A stretch of 64,000 nucleotides of DNA, from contig CBDCJH010000002.1 of NCBI GenBank assembly GCA_965217775.1, positions 4,608,001-4,672,000 on the forward strand. The letters are read 5' to 3'. The translations under genes and the position numbers were made by a program. This document shows, in pieces, positions 40,874-51,231 of the stretch (the stretch's first letter is position 1; every line of letters begins with the position of its first letter). Below the pieces are notes generated by a model. It saw only the letters and a list, made by a program, of their open reading frames with translations, did no database searches and was not told the DNA's origin. Source of the stretch: Acidobacteriota bacterium. GTDB taxonomy: Bacteria > Acidobacteriota > UBA6911 > RPQK01 > JAJDTT01.

Positions 40874-42804
40874 CCGAAGTTCCAGACATAGAGACGAGAT
40901 AACTCCTTGATTCTAAAGGGACAACTCACGAAGCGGACTAGTTGTCCACTGGGAACACCTTGACCAACTCCAGCGCCCGTCGCTGCAGCGTCGTCGGTTC
41001 CGTCAATCGTTGCAGCGTCGGACCGTCCGGGTCCGAAGCGGTTCGGCACTGGTGACGGGCACGCGTCGCCATCTCCGCCATCAGTGTCTTGAAGCTGTGA
41101 AGCGGCAGTCCGTCCTCGGTTTCCCGCTTCGTCTTCTTTCGTTTGGCCGAGGCCGACGGCTCGGCTTTCAGCACCGGGTCCCGTCGAGCGCGGTGCGCGT
41201 CCAGGTCCTCGTCATCGAACAACAACGGGGCCAGGGCTCGCCGCAGATGCCACTGGACATAGTAGGCCAGCAGGCACAGGAACAGGTGCGACCGCACCCG
41301 CATCTCTGCCCGGTGACGGATGGGACGGATCTGCAAGTCCACCGTCTTGAGTGAGCGGAAGGCCCGCTCCACGTTCGTCAGGTTCTTGTAGCTGCGCACC
41401 ACGTCGGGCGTCGCCAACCGGTCTTCGGGTTCGCTGGTGCGCAGGATGTAGAATCCGTCCAGTTGCGCCTCGCGGGCGATGGCTTCGGTGCGCCGAGCGT
41501 ATTCGAAGCGCCCGTCTTCGATCACCAGCTCGAAGTGCTTGGCCACCTTGTACCGGTTCTTGATCCGACCCACCTTCAGCGCGATCTGGGTCGCCAGCAA
41601 GGGCGTCTTGGTCCGTCGCGCCACCTCCCGGGCGATCCGGGCCAACTTCTTCTCCGTCTCCGCCACCAGGTCCTGGCGTTTGTTCCGCCGATACTCGGCC
41701 AGCATCGGGTTGTAACAGACGACGAGCCGTTCGCCCGGATAGGCCTCGGTCCGGATCTCCGCCAAGTGACGCTCGTCAAAGAGCGAGGGTTGAACCGCTT
41801 GGGCGTCCACCAGTTGGCGAATGGCCTCATGCCGCAGGGCCGAGATCCAGCCCAGCCCCGGATACCGCTTCAGATGCTTGATCTGAGTCTCGGTCAGCAG
41901 CCCCCGGTCCCCCACCAGCACCACCCGCTTCAAGCCGAAGCGCTGGCGTAACTTCTCGACTTGATCCGGCACCGTGACCGGATCCCCCGTGTTGCCGGGA
42001 TAGGCCTGGACCGCCACCGGACAACCCGCCGCATCGGCCATCACCCCGTAGACCACGATGGGACGGCCCCGCTTGCCGTCCCGGCTGTGGCCGTACTGCA
42101 TCAGGGAGCAGGTGTGGCCTTCATAGTAGCTGCTGCTGACGTCGTAGAGCACGTGATCCCCTTCAGCCAGATGCCGCCGGGCCAGCTTCTTCTCGATCCG
42201 ATTCTGACGTTCGAGCAACCAGTCCATGGCCCCGTACAGGTCGTCCTCGTCGGCGTCCTCCAGGGAGAGCTCGGAAGCCAGGGTGGTGGTGTGCCAGAGC
42301 CGGGTGGTGGCGAGCTTGGAGGCGGGATGCAACAAGCGCTGAATGATCAGGGCCAGCACCAGGTTGCGCTGGCGCGAGGGCTTGGGGTCGATCAGAGTCG
42401 GGAGCTTCAGGCGGCGGATGGCTTTGAGAACCATCTCGACATGGCCATGAGGAAGGGAGCGTTCGATGACGAAGAGCTCATCGGGGTGGACGAGAGGGAC
42501 GTTCTTGAGGACGAGACGGAGTCGCTGGATCTTGTCCGGGGGCCACTTGGAGAGGTTGGCGATGGTGCGTTTACGGACGCGCTTGCCTTCGCGCCAGCCT
42601 TCGCGCAGGAGGATGGCGGGGCGGGAGTTTCGGTTGGGGACGGTGTCGATGTACATGGCAACTAGTATATAGAATATACCTTTTATATTCAACAGGAAGA
42701 GTCATCACATACATGGGAACACAAATGAGCTGATTCAGAGCCGTATCCGTAATAAAATCAACGACTTAGCTCGATTTTAGGGGGATATTTTCCCGGAACT
42801 TCCG
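40874..42804 (-). mobile_element. IS1634-family element
   Basis: TIR CCGAAGTTCC / GGAACTTCCG; 6-bp TSD ATTAAG. Confidence 0.88.
40938..42656 (-). CDS. IS1634-family transposase
   Basis: LYDVSSSYYEG, YGHSRDGK, VGDRG, VERAFRSLK. Confidence 0.93.
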   Translation of the reverse strand: MYIDTVPNRNSRPAILLREGWREGKRVRKRTIANLSKWPPDKIQRLRLVLKNVPLVHPDELFVIERSLPHGHVEMVLKAIRRLKLPTLIDPKPSRQRNLVLALIIQRLLHPASKLATTRLWHTTTLASELSLEDADEDDLYGAMDWLLERQNRIEKKLARRHLAEGDHVLYDVSSSYYEGHTCSLMQYGHSRDGKRGRPIVVYGVMADAAGCPVAVQAYPGNTGDPVTVPDQVEKLRQRFGLKRVVLVGDRGLLTETQIKHLKRYPGLGWISALRHEAIRQLVDAQAVQPSLFDERHLAEIRTEAYPGERLVVCYNPMLAEYRRNKRQDLVAETEKKLARIAREVARRTKTPLLATQIALKVGRIKNRYKVAKHFELVIEDGRFEYARRTEAIAREAQLDGFYILRTSEPEDRLATPDVVRSYKNLTNVERAFRSLKTVDLQIRPIRHRAEMRVRSHLFLCLLAYYVQWHLRRALAPLLFDDEDLDAHRARRDPVLKAEPSASAKRKKTKRETEDGLPLHSFKTLMAEMATRARHQCRTASDPDGPTLQRLTEPTTLQRRALELVKVFPVDN

Positions 42805-42864
42805 ATTAAGAGTCGGCGGCAAGAAAACCGCCGCTCTCGCTCCCGCTCCTGCTAGGATTTCCCC

Positions 42865-43827
42865 ATGGCGACGCCCCCCGCCGTCAGTGTGATCATTCCC
42901 TGCTACCGGCACGCCGCGGTGCTGCCTCGGGTGTTGGAGGCACTGGAGGCTCAGGAGACTGCTCTGGATTTCGAGGTGCTGGTTGTGGAGTCGGGGGGGA
43001 ACGAGGCGGCAAGGTTGGTCGGGGGGCGGTTTCCTGAGGTCCAGGTGCTGTGTCATGAGGGGCGGTTGTTGCCCGGAGCGGCGCGGAACCGGGGGGCGGC
43101 GGTGGCAAGGGGAACCTGCCTGGCGTTTGTCGACGCGGATGCGGTGCCGGAGCGGCGGTGGCTGGAGACACTGTACCGCCGTTTGGCTTCTTCGCCCCGA
43201 ATAGTCATGGTGTCGGGGACGGTGGGGCGGCCGGCGGGGGCCGGCGCGGCGGCGCGGGTGCTCCACTGGATCGAGTTCTCCTCGTTCCTGCCCGGGCTGG
43301 CGTCCGGAGATCGGGACGCCCTCTGCAGTTGCAATCTCCTGGTCCGGAAGGAGGAGCTGCTGGAGTGCGGGGGTTTTGACGAGAGCCTGGAGATGGCCGA
43401 GGACCTGATGCTCTGCCGGAGGATCGGTGGGCAAGCGGGAACACTACTATATATAGAGGCGTCTGCCGGCGTCTGTCACTCGAATGATGTGACCTGGGAA
43501 AAGGCTCGGGTCCATCTGCGCCGTCTGGGCTACTGGAGCGGCCGGTTCCGAACTCTGGAGGAGGTCCCCGGGTCGTGGTTGCGCCAGCTCCCGGCGCTCA
43601 GTCTGGCGTTGCCGCTGTGGCGGCTCCCCCGGATCATTGGGCGGATATTTCGCAGTGATGCCAAGGAGGGGTTGAGGTCACTCATCCGGCTTCCCTGGTT
43701 GGTTTGGGGGCTGTTGGCCTGGGCGCTGGGTTTCCACCAAGGGTTGAAGGCGGGGAAAGAGGATGGGAGCGGCGGATTCCAGCCGCCGATTCGGGGGGAG
43801 GGGGGACGGAGTCCCCACTCCGCGTAG
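42865..43827 (+). CDS. GT2 glycosyltransferase
   Basis: SVIIPCY, GAARNRG, FVDAD, GGFDE..AED. Confidence 0.85.
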   Translation: MATPPAVSVIIPCYRHAAVLPRVLEALEAQETALDFEVLVVESGGNEAARLVGGRFPEVQVLCHEGRLLPGAARNRGAAVARGTCLAFVDADAVPERRWLETLYRRLASSPRIVMVSGTVGRPAGAGAAARVLHWIEFSSFLPGLASGDRDALCSCNLLVRKEELLECGGFDESLEMAEDLMLCRRIGGQAGTLLYIEASAGVCHSNDVTWEKARVHLRRLGYWSGRFRTLEEVPGSWLRQLPALSLALPLWRLPRIIGRIFRSDAKEGLRSLIRLPWLVWGLLAWALGFHQGLKAGKEDGSGGFQPPIRGEGGRSPHSA

Positions 43828-43911
43828 CGTCTTCCAACCGGGAGAAATGAAGAATGGGGGACAAGAATATCCCCCCTCCTCAAGAGCAGGCGGCAAGAAA
43901 GTCGTCACTCC

Positions 43912-44766
43912 TTAGCGACAGGTCTCCGGCTCCGACTTGACGTAGTAGCTCTTGTAGTTTGACCCTTCGGGATCCATGCACCCGGCCAGGTTCAGCAGCT
44001 CGACCTTGCGGAACTCGATGGGGTGGCTCTCGCTCTGCAGCGAGATGTAGCCGTTCTCCAGCGGCTCGCCGTCCCGCTTGAACGCCGGATCATGCCCCTC
44101 CACGGCGCCGCCTCCGATCTGCGGCATTTCGTATTCCAGCACCACCTCTCCTTCGGCGATGTGCCGGACCACGGAACTGCCCAGCACCAGCACCTCCGCC
44201 CGGACCCACTGGTCTCCGTGATAGGTCTTCGACCTGGAGTCCGTGCAGTGGTCTGTCATGAGCGTTCCGTTGAACACCACATGGGTCCCGGGCGTGCACA
44301 GGTTCATGGTGGTGCGCTCCCGTTCGCCGTCGCCGCCGAGCAGTTGGGCTTCGATGGAGATGGGAAAGGTCTGATCGCGGCGCATGCTTTCGGGGGGCTG
44401 CGAGTGCAGCATGATGCCGCTGTTGCGGAAGGCCCAGCTCGGACCGCCCTGGACCTGGTCTCCGATGAATCGATATTCCACGACCAGCCTGTAGTGCGAG
44501 AAGGGTCGCTCGTAGAAGATGTGGCCGAACCGCGAGTTGAACGGGCCTTCATACGCCTCGTAGCCGACTTGCATGACTCCGTTGCTGACGCGGAACGTAT
44601 TCCCGAAGTTCTCTCCCGTCTCGTGGCCGCGAATCTTGGGAATCCAGCCGTCGAGGTTCTTGCCGTTGAACAGTTGGATCCAGTCCTCCTTCGCGTGCGA
44701 TTGTCCGCTGGCGGTCAGGGTCGCCAGGAGCAGGGAGAGGAAAGAAATGCAGAGTCGCCGGGACAT
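43912..44766 (-). CDS. DUF1080 / 3-keto-disaccharide hydrolase family secreted protein
   Basis: WIQLFNGKNLDGW, NSGI, GYISLQSESHPIEFR; signal peptide. Confidence 0.9.
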   Translation of the reverse strand: MSRRLCISFLSLLLATLTASGQSHAKEDWIQLFNGKNLDGWIPKIRGHETGENFGNTFRVSNGVMQVGYEAYEGPFNSRFGHIFYERPFSHYRLVVEYRFIGDQVQGGPSWAFRNSGIMLHSQPPESMRRDQTFPISIEAQLLGGDGERERTTMNLCTPGTHVVFNGTLMTDHCTDSRSKTYHGDQWVRAEVLVLGSSVVRHIAEGEVVLEYEMPQIGGGAVEGHDPAFKRDGEPLENGYISLQSESHPIEFRKVELLNLAGCMDPEGSNYKSYYVKSEPETCR

Positions 44767-44783
44767 TCGAGTGGAGAGTATAG

Positions 44784-44942
44784 CAGCCCGTGGCGAAAGT
44801 CCCGCGAGCACCGAGACCGTTCCTGCGCCCGCCGGACAAGGCGCTTCGGAGGGAGCATACCGGGAGTATGTGAGCCGATAGCAACGCAGTCCGCCGGGAT
44901 GCAGGGACGGTCGAATGCCGTGACGACTTTTGCCACGGGCTG
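44784..44942. mobile_element. MITE copy (inverted) directly upstream of the DUF1080 gene
   Basis: TSD ATAG. Confidence 0.9.
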
Positions 44943-45382
44943 ATAGCTGGTGGGCCGTCCCTTCGTGGGGAGGTCGATGCGGGGAATGCGGGAGTCGGGG
45001 CAAGAGGGGGAGTGAGGAGGTTCCCGGACGACCGGTTATTGCTATAGATAGACAAATTTGGCGCTGTTTTTACCATCCATAGTCGAAATCCCGATTCCGC
45101 ATGGATTGAGCCAAGATATTTCACGGTCCAGCCACCTGCTCGCCCATGCTTTTGTGCCCCATTGTGAGCTTGGGAGTTCGGCGGTTATGAAACCGCCGCT
45201 CCTCGACCGAATATTCCGTTCGTCGTGTTCGACGCAGGTTTGGCGGTCGCCGCAAGTGAATCAGGCGCCACGGTCCACGGAGCGCGTCCTGGAAGCTGAG
45301 AGAAAAGGTAGCGGCGCCTGGAAGAGTGAAGAAAGGAGCGTAGATTACGCGTAGCGCGCACCACAACCGAAAAGGTCAATAC

Positions 45383-45544
45383 TCATTCCGGTCGCCGGTA
45401 GACATCCCGGCGATGGGCGACGCGGACGACCAGCACGACGAGTACACCTTCGCGCACTTCGTAAATCACGCGGTAATCGCCCACGCGAAGCCGGCGCAGG
45501 CCCCGCATATCGCCCTTGAGCGCATCGCCGAGGAATGGATTCTC
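45383..45544 (-). pseudogene. relE: C-terminal half of a RelE/StbE toxin (absent from the ORF track)
   Basis: Manual translation [49 protein letters not shown]. Confidence 0.8.
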
Positions 45545-45623
45545 TGCATGAATAGCGGTATGGCGTCGGCGGAAAACGGGGGTGGAGGAGAAGAATGGGC
45601 AATTGGAAATCGCCCTTCCGGCG

Positions 45624-46508
45624 TCACTCCTTTTCGGGCTTGACTTCTTGCTCGACCGCGGCGGGCAGGCTGGGGAGGGGAGGCGGTGAAGCCGGGCTGG
45701 GGAGGACGGGCGTTACGGTTTCTCCGCGCTTGAGTTGGTCGAGCTTTTTCTGGGTGAGGCCCAGCAGGGCTTTGGCGCCGGGACTCACGTAGTTGTAGAG
45801 GACGCGCACGGAGAAGAGTTTCTCCTTGGCTTCGTCTGCGTCTCCGAGTTTCAGCAAGAGGCGGAACTCGCTGGTCAAGGGTTTCTTGGATTCGTTCCCG
45901 ATGTAACGGAAGACCAGGCGGAGATCCTGGCCCGGGGCGACGGAGTCGGCGCTCTCCAGCAGCTCGAAACGGGTCTTGTCGTAGTCGACGCGGGAAATGT
46001 GGACCGATTCAGGCAAGCCGTTGCGGATCCGGACCGTGCCCCGTTGGGTCCGGTCCAGGAAGTGGATCCGGACTTGCCTGGGAAGCACCTTCAGGGTGCC
46101 GGGTTTCGGCCCGCTCGGTCTTGGCGCCGTCCCGCCGGCAAGAGCCCTTTTGACCTTTTCCGGATTCGGGGGGCGAATCCGAAGCCGCCATCCGTCCTGT
46201 TGGCGGACCCAGACCTCGCGCATGGGCACGGGATAGTAAACCCCTGCCGGCAACAGCATCTGCTCCACCTTCACCGTTACCAGCGCTTCGTCCGGGGATC
46301 GGGACTCGATCTTGCCCAGCTCCCAGGAGCGAAAAGGGTTGGTGCGGCGGTCGAGGAACAGATTCTGACCCTCCGGCACGATGTATAGGAGGGCTCCCAC
46401 CTTGTCCCCCTTCTGCAGCAGGTCCCAGTAGGTCCGGACAGCTTTCTCCAGCTCCGGGTCCACGGCGGGGCTGGAGAAGAGGCTCAGATAGAGGGGCAGC
46501 CAAATCAT
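45624..46508 (-). CDS. Hypothetical exported protein
   Basis: 294-aa ORF, hydrophobic N-terminus, Pro-rich tail. Confidence 0.7.
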   Translation of the reverse strand: MIWLPLYLSLFSSPAVDPELEKAVRTYWDLLQKGDKVGALLYIVPEGQNLFLDRRTNPFRSWELGKIESRSPDEALVTVKVEQMLLPAGVYYPVPMREVWVRQQDGWRLRIRPPNPEKVKRALAGGTAPRPSGPKPGTLKVLPRQVRIHFLDRTQRGTVRIRNGLPESVHISRVDYDKTRFELLESADSVAPGQDLRLVFRYIGNESKKPLTSEFRLLLKLGDADEAKEKLFSVRVLYNYVSPGAKALLGLTQKKLDQLKRGETVTPVLPSPASPPPLPSLPAAVEQEVKPEKE

Positions 46509-46773
46509 GCCTGGGGTCTCCTGGGAAGATCCGAACCAAAAATGGCCGCTCCGGAGAGCGGCCGAGGCCAGAAAAAATCGTATCGAACGATCAGAGGAAT
46601 GGAAAAGATCGGGGGCTGCGCCATTGGTTCGCGGCAGCCCCCGACTTCAGCTCTCGTTGCTCCCACCCCGGAATTGCCCGATCCGGGAGCGGGAGTCCCT
46701 GCCGAAAAATTCTCTTGCAGGGAATGTCACCGTCACCCTTTGACGATGGCGGTGTCAGGTCTGAAGTGCCCCT

Positions 46774-47349
46774 CTATTCCATCATCATGTCCATCATCAT
46801 GGGCTTGATCCCTGCGCCCTGATGAGAGACGGGCGGCGTCATGTCGCCGTGCTGATTCAAAAACGCACCGATGATGGTGCGGGTTCCGGCGACGCCGTCG
46901 AAGTTGGCCACGACCCAGGCATAGCCCATGAACTCCATGTCACCCACAATCTCGCTCAAGAGCACGGTGTAGGTCATCCCCGGGCCAAGCATCCCGTCCA
47001 TCAGACCGTGGCCGGGGGAGTCCATCGAGGTCTCATGCATCATCATGGTGCCGTCCGAGTTGTAGAGGTAGATCTCCAGGGTGCCCATCATGTCGGAGCC
47101 CTCGTAAGCTCCACCCCCGGTGTCGATGCCGGCCGGAGCCATGAGGACGTTGCTCACCGAAATGGCGGTGTCGAAGGCATACATCGGATCTTCATTGGGG
47201 AGGCTGACCAGGTAGCTGGCGAAAACGGCAGATTGCTCTGACGTGTGCCCGGCCGCCATGAAAGAAACTGAGGTGCCGGCCATTGCCGTTCCGCCGAAGG
47301 CAACGGTTAGCAGGACTACCGAAAAAAGCATCGCTCTCGATTTGTTCAT
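46774..47349 (-). CDS. Secreted Met-rich hypothetical protein
   Basis: RBS GAGGAG, signal peptide ending AMA, C-terminal MMMDMMME. Confidence 0.8.
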   Translation of the reverse strand: MNKSRAMLFSVVLLTVAFGGTAMAGTSVSFMAAGHTSEQSAVFASYLVSLPNEDPMYAFDTAISVSNVLMAPAGIDTGGGAYEGSDMMGTLEIYLYNSDGTMMMHETSMDSPGHGLMDGMLGPGMTYTVLLSEIVGDMEFMGYAWVVANFDGVAGTRTIIGAFLNQHGDMTPPVSHQGAGIKPMMMDMMME

Positions 47350-47459
47350 TCCCTGTACTCCTCTACGAAATGACGGTTGGAAACAAAAACCCAGACCGCA
47401 ACGAAATGCGGCCGTTCGAACACACAAACTCCGTTACTCTTCCACGGAACTGACTGTCC

Positions 47460-47486
47460 AAGATGCCAGAGCCTTTTAAAAGTCGC
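47460..47486 (-). promoter_or_regulatory. ECF-type promoter candidate GCGACTTTT-N11-GCATCTT
   Basis: Same motif and spacing as 31243, 31383 and 49250. Confidence 0.55.
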
Positions 47487-47502
47487 AACTTTCGCAACCG
47501 GA

Positions 47503-49191
47503 TCACCACCAGATCACCATCTGGCGGGAATCAAGCCTAAAATAGTCTCCCACGATAATCAAGCCGGGATATTCCGGAGCCGGAAATGAAGTGTAGAGCA
47601 CATGGCCTTGCTCGGTCGTCTCGAAGACCGCGAAGCTGACGATGTCCTCGTAGACCAACACTTCCCGGCCATCCTCTCCGTCCGAGTTCTCCAGTTCCAG
47701 AGTGTGGAGGGAGTGTCCGGGAAACGACAGCCGTCGTGGCCGCCCGTCGTGATAGAGGGTGGAATAGAATATGGACTGCGTCATGTCCCGATCCAGAATG
47801 TAGAGGCGCTTGTCATAGCGCCTGATATTGGAGGTCATGACGATCCCGGGCGCGAAGCTCATGGCCAGTTCCTTGAAGAGGACCAGTTGCTCGCCGTCTC
47901 GAGTGTAGATGGTCAGGCCGGGTCCCAGGTCGGTCACCATGACAATCTCTTCCTCTCCGTCGCCGCTGAAATCGAAGAGGGCGAGATTCAGGACCTGCCG
48001 CCGCAAAACGTGACCTTGGGCCTGGAGCACGAACTGGCCGGAGCCGTCTCCTGTCTCAGTCTCCAGGAGGGCCCCCAGGGGACCGTTCAGGGCCCGGACC
48101 AGGTCCACGTGACCGTCCTGATTCAGGTCGGCGACCACGACCATCTCGTCCTCATCGAAGACCCGGTACCCTTCCGGATTGGGTCCGATGGTGAAGGTGC
48201 GGTCGTTTTCCAGGAAAAACTGATTCCGGGCGTCTCGGCGGCCCCGATAGACGCGCCGGGCACTCCCTCCCGTGCCGTAGTCGCCGACCACCACGAAGTC
48301 AAACGTGGGGTCCGGGGCGACGAGGCCGCCTCCGGGACGGAACGGCGGCGGACGGGGAGCCGGGGGCACGGGGTCAGGCCCACCCGGCGGAGCGGGCGGC
48401 GGCATGGGCGGCGGCATGGGCGGCGGATTCGGCGGCTCCGGCGGAGTCGTACCGGTGGACGGGTCGCCGGTGTCGCCGCCCCCGTCGGAGGGATCGTCGC
48501 CGGTCACGTCATTGGGGTCCGCCCGGTCCAGGAAGGCCCGCCGGAACGGATTGCGCGCGTTCATGTAAGGGTTGCCCAGGGAGCGGCCGCTGCCGAACTG
48601 GCTCCAGGCCGCCTGGTAGTCGCGCTCGAACTGCCGGAGCTCGGACGCCCGGGCCATCATGTCGGCCGTGGAACGGGCGCCTTCAGGGGTGATCGGATCG
48701 GCCCCCGGTCCCGGTTCCGCCGCATCTCCCGGGCCGGTCCTGGAGGTGGTGGCTCCCGCGGGGTTGCGGCCCGGAGTCCTTCTCGACTGGCTGGTCCGGC
48801 GGCTCGCGGACTGCGAGCGACGGCTGGACGAGGCGGAACGGGAGGTTTGAAACCTCCCCGCATCGCGGCTTCGAGGGGAGGTCCCGTAAGAGCGGGGAAA
48901 TGGAAACGAAGCCGGCGCCGCCGCATCCGATCGGACCCATCCGGCGGTACCCGGGTCCGGCCGATAGTGGGATTCATCGCCGGATCCCGGGATGAACTGC
49001 CAGATCAGCACCGAGAGCAACGACGCGGCCACCAGGGAGGCAAAGAAGCCGAAACTTCCCAGCCTTCTGCCGTACCCGCGCCTCCGGCCATTTCGACTCA
49101 CTGTTAGGATTAAACTCCGATTCGAATCACCGGGCCGCCGATGGGCGATCGAGCCGAGTCGTGAGACCGCCGTTGGGGACGAAGCCGGCAA
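47503..49191 (-). CDS. Membrane-anchored protein with Ser/Pro-rich linker and FG-GAP/VCBS-like repeats
   Basis: TM segment, PPMPPP tract, ADLNQDGHVDLV and FDFSGDGEEEIV; start uncertain. Confidence 0.75.
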   Translation of the reverse strand: MPASSPTAVSRLGSIAHRRPGDSNRSLILTVSRNGRRRGYGRRLGSFGFFASLVAASLLSVLIWQFIPGSGDESHYRPDPGTAGWVRSDAAAPASFPFPRSYGTSPRSRDAGRFQTSRSASSSRRSQSASRRTSQSRRTPGRNPAGATTSRTGPGDAAEPGPGADPITPEGARSTADMMARASELRQFERDYQAAWSQFGSGRSLGNPYMNARNPFRRAFLDRADPNDVTGDDPSDGGGDTGDPSTGTTPPEPPNPPPMPPPMPPPAPPGGPDPVPPAPRPPPFRPGGGLVAPDPTFDFVVVGDYGTGGSARRVYRGRRDARNQFFLENDRTFTIGPNPEGYRVFDEDEMVVVADLNQDGHVDLVRALNGPLGALLETETGDGSGQFVLQAQGHVLRRQVLNLALFDFSGDGEEEIVMVTDLGPGLTIYTRDGEQLVLFKELAMSFAPGIVMTSNIRRYDKRLYILDRDMTQSIFYSTLYHDGRPRRLSFPGHSLHTLELENSDGEDGREVLVYEDIVSFAVFETTEQGHVLYTSFPAPEYPGLIIVGDYFRLDSRQMVIWW

Positions 49192-49249
49192 GACCCGTTC
49201 TCAAGCGTAATGGCCAATGATAGCACTTTCCTCGTCCTTCTCTCATCTT

Positions 49250-49276
49250 GCGACTTTTTCCTTTCAGGGTCATCTC
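49250..49276 (+). promoter_or_regulatory. Putative autoregulatory ECF promoter GCGACTTTT-N11-TCATCTC
   Basis: About 90 bp upstream of the ECF sigma gene. Confidence 0.55.
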
Positions 49277-49367
49277 CTAAATTGATTGGGAGAGAGGAGG
49301 GCTGGTAGTTTTGGCAAGGTCGGAGAGGCAGTTTGGGGCAACCTGAATTCCGTTTTAGTCCGTACAC

Positions 49368-49958
49368 ATGCCAGGCGAAATCAGTCCGGAAGAGTTGGCG
49401 GCCATCGTCAAGCGAGCCCAAGAGGGTTCCGCCGCCGACTTTCATGCGCTCTACGAGCTATTCGTCAAGCGCATTTACAATTTTATCTTACGGCTGATCG
49501 GCTCCAAGGAAGATGCCGAAGACCTCACACAAGAAACTTTCCTCAAGGTCCACCGGGAAATCAAGAAGCTCCGGGACCGGAAACAGTTTCGCTACTGGCT
49601 CTACCGCATCGCCAGGAACGAGGTCTACCAGAAGCTTCGCCGCACTAAGAAGGTCAGCGAGATCTCTCTGGATGGAGAGGAAGGGCCTCTGGACTGGCTC
49701 CTGGCCGATGAGGGCATGGAGTTGGATCCGGAGCGGACGTTTCTTTCTCAAGAGCTCAATCAGGTCATTCTCAGTGCCTTGCGGTCGCTCACGCCCAAAT
49801 ATCGCGACGTGTTCGTGCTGGCTGTTTTCCAGAAGATGAAGTACATAGAAATTTCAAGAATCGTGGGTCGGTCGCTGCTTTCGGTAAAGACCGACATCTA
49901 CCGAGCCAGGTTGGTGGTGAAGGACCACGTGAAGACCTACATGGGGAGGAGAAAATGA
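49368..49958 (+). CDS. ECF RNA polymerase sigma factor
   Basis: DAEDLTQETFLK, FRYWLYRIARN, region 4 YIEISRIVG.SLLSVKTDIYRAR. Confidence 0.93.
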   Translation: MPGEISPEELAAIVKRAQEGSAADFHALYELFVKRIYNFILRLIGSKEDAEDLTQETFLKVHREIKKLRDRKQFRYWLYRIARNEVYQKLRRTKKVSEISLDGEEGPLDWLLADEGMELDPERTFLSQELNQVILSALRSLTPKYRDVFVLAVFQKMKYIEISRIVGRSLLSVKTDIYRARLVVKDHVKTYMGRRK

Positions 49959-50455
49959 GCCGCTCCTGCCGGGGTTTTCTGCTTTCGATTTCGGCGCTGG
50001 CCGACGACAACCTGGAGGCGGCGTCCGTACCGGCGGTGAGGGCCCACCTCGCCGAGTGTCAAGCGTGCAACCGGCTCTACCAAGAGCAGCGGGAGTTGTC
50101 GGACTGGATCAGGGCCGGGTTTCCGGACGTGGAGCCGGCGCCTGAGATCTGGAGCCGTATCGAGTCGAGGTTGCCGGTTCCCCGGGGCTCCCTCTGGGAG
50201 CAGTTGGGATCGGGGCTGGCGGCGGCGGTTCGTTTTCCCGAGGTCCGGTACGTGGCGGCCAGCCTGGTTCTGCTGGCAATTCTCTCCGGCGGTTTCATGG
50301 GACGGATCCAGGAGGCGCAGCCGGTGCCTCCAGTCTACGCCAAGGCGGAGAACCCGTTCCTGTTGGCATTGAAACAGGAGACCTTCCCTTCTTCCCTCGC
50401 CCAACGAGCGGAGAAGGGGGAGAATCCCTTTGACTTGATCAGGGGTGTGCGATGA
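49955..50455 (+). CDS. Zinc-binding anti-sigma factor (zf-HC2) with TM helix
   Basis: HLAECQAC motif; coupled to the sigma gene. Confidence 0.88.
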   Translation: MSRSCRGFLLSISALADDNLEAASVPAVRAHLAECQACNRLYQEQRELSDWIRAGFPDVEPAPEIWSRIESRLPVPRGSLWEQLGSGLAAAVRFPEVRYVAASLVLLAILSGGFMGRIQEAQPVPPVYAKAENPFLLALKQETFPSSLAQRAEKGENPFDLIRGVR

Positions 50456-50898
50456 GGACTCTGATCCGATTTTCCGTTTTTCTGCTGGTTTTCGGGTTGG
50501 CGCCGGTCTGGGGATTTTCCGCGGCGGCGTCGGACCCGGCAGAGAACGCCAAACTGGCGGCGGCCGCGACTCACTACGAGATCGCCCAGCTCAAGCTCGA
50601 GTCGGGCGAGTATGACGCGGTCCTGGCCGAGATCCAGAAGATCCTGGACCTGGACTTCAGCGCCGAGAATGAAGGCGTGCTGACGTTCTCGGTGCTGAAC
50701 TTGACCGAGGAACTGCTGAATGCGGACCAGCATGGTCTGGCTCGGCAGGCGGTGGACGCGAGCTTGAAAGTCGTCGGCCAGCAGGAAAACCGGTTCATGC
50801 TCCTCATGTTCAAGGCCCGGGTCTTTAGAGACGAGGGTGAGACCGACGCCGCCCTCGAAACCTACCGCTCCGCCCAGCAACTGATCCAGCAGTTCTAG
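50452..50898 (+). CDS. Exported helical/TPR-like protein
   Basis: Signal peptide; ATGA overlap with the anti-sigma gene. Confidence 0.75.
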   Translation: MRTLIRFSVFLLVFGLAPVWGFSAAASDPAENAKLAAAATHYEIAQLKLESGEYDAVLAEIQKILDLDFSAENEGVLTFSVLNLTEELLNADQHGLARQAVDASLKVVGQQENRFMLLMFKARVFRDEGETDAALETYRSAQQLIQQF

Positions 50899-51030
50899 GA
50901 GCCTGCGCCGCAGAAATTGATCTACTGCGAAAGCGGTAGAATAGGTTCATATTTCCCCGATTTCTCGGCGAATCGAACGACTATGCACCTCAAAATCGAG
51001 AAAATCCGGCCTCGATTCCCCGCTTTCTCG
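50899..51030. mobile_element. Possible degenerate MITE remnant
   Basis: CTAG-GAGCCTG start and AT-richer non-coding tract; no matching right end found. Confidence 0.3.
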
Positions 51031-51231
51031 AAATGAATGAGTTACCCGACTTCAGCTCTGGAACTTCAGTTTAGATTACGGGCCATTTTTCACGCTACGA
51101 TGTCACCTGCTTCGAGCCCGACCAGGAAACCGGAAAGACGTCTCAACACCTCCACTCTGATTCCTCGTTCCTCATCAGACCGAGGTGTTCGAGGTGAAAA
51201 GGGTCGAGCGGTTCGGTCTCTGCGGTATTGA

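Noticed and set aside
45413-45643. 76-aa plus-strand ORF
   Set aside because: The opposite strand encodes a clear RelE fragment
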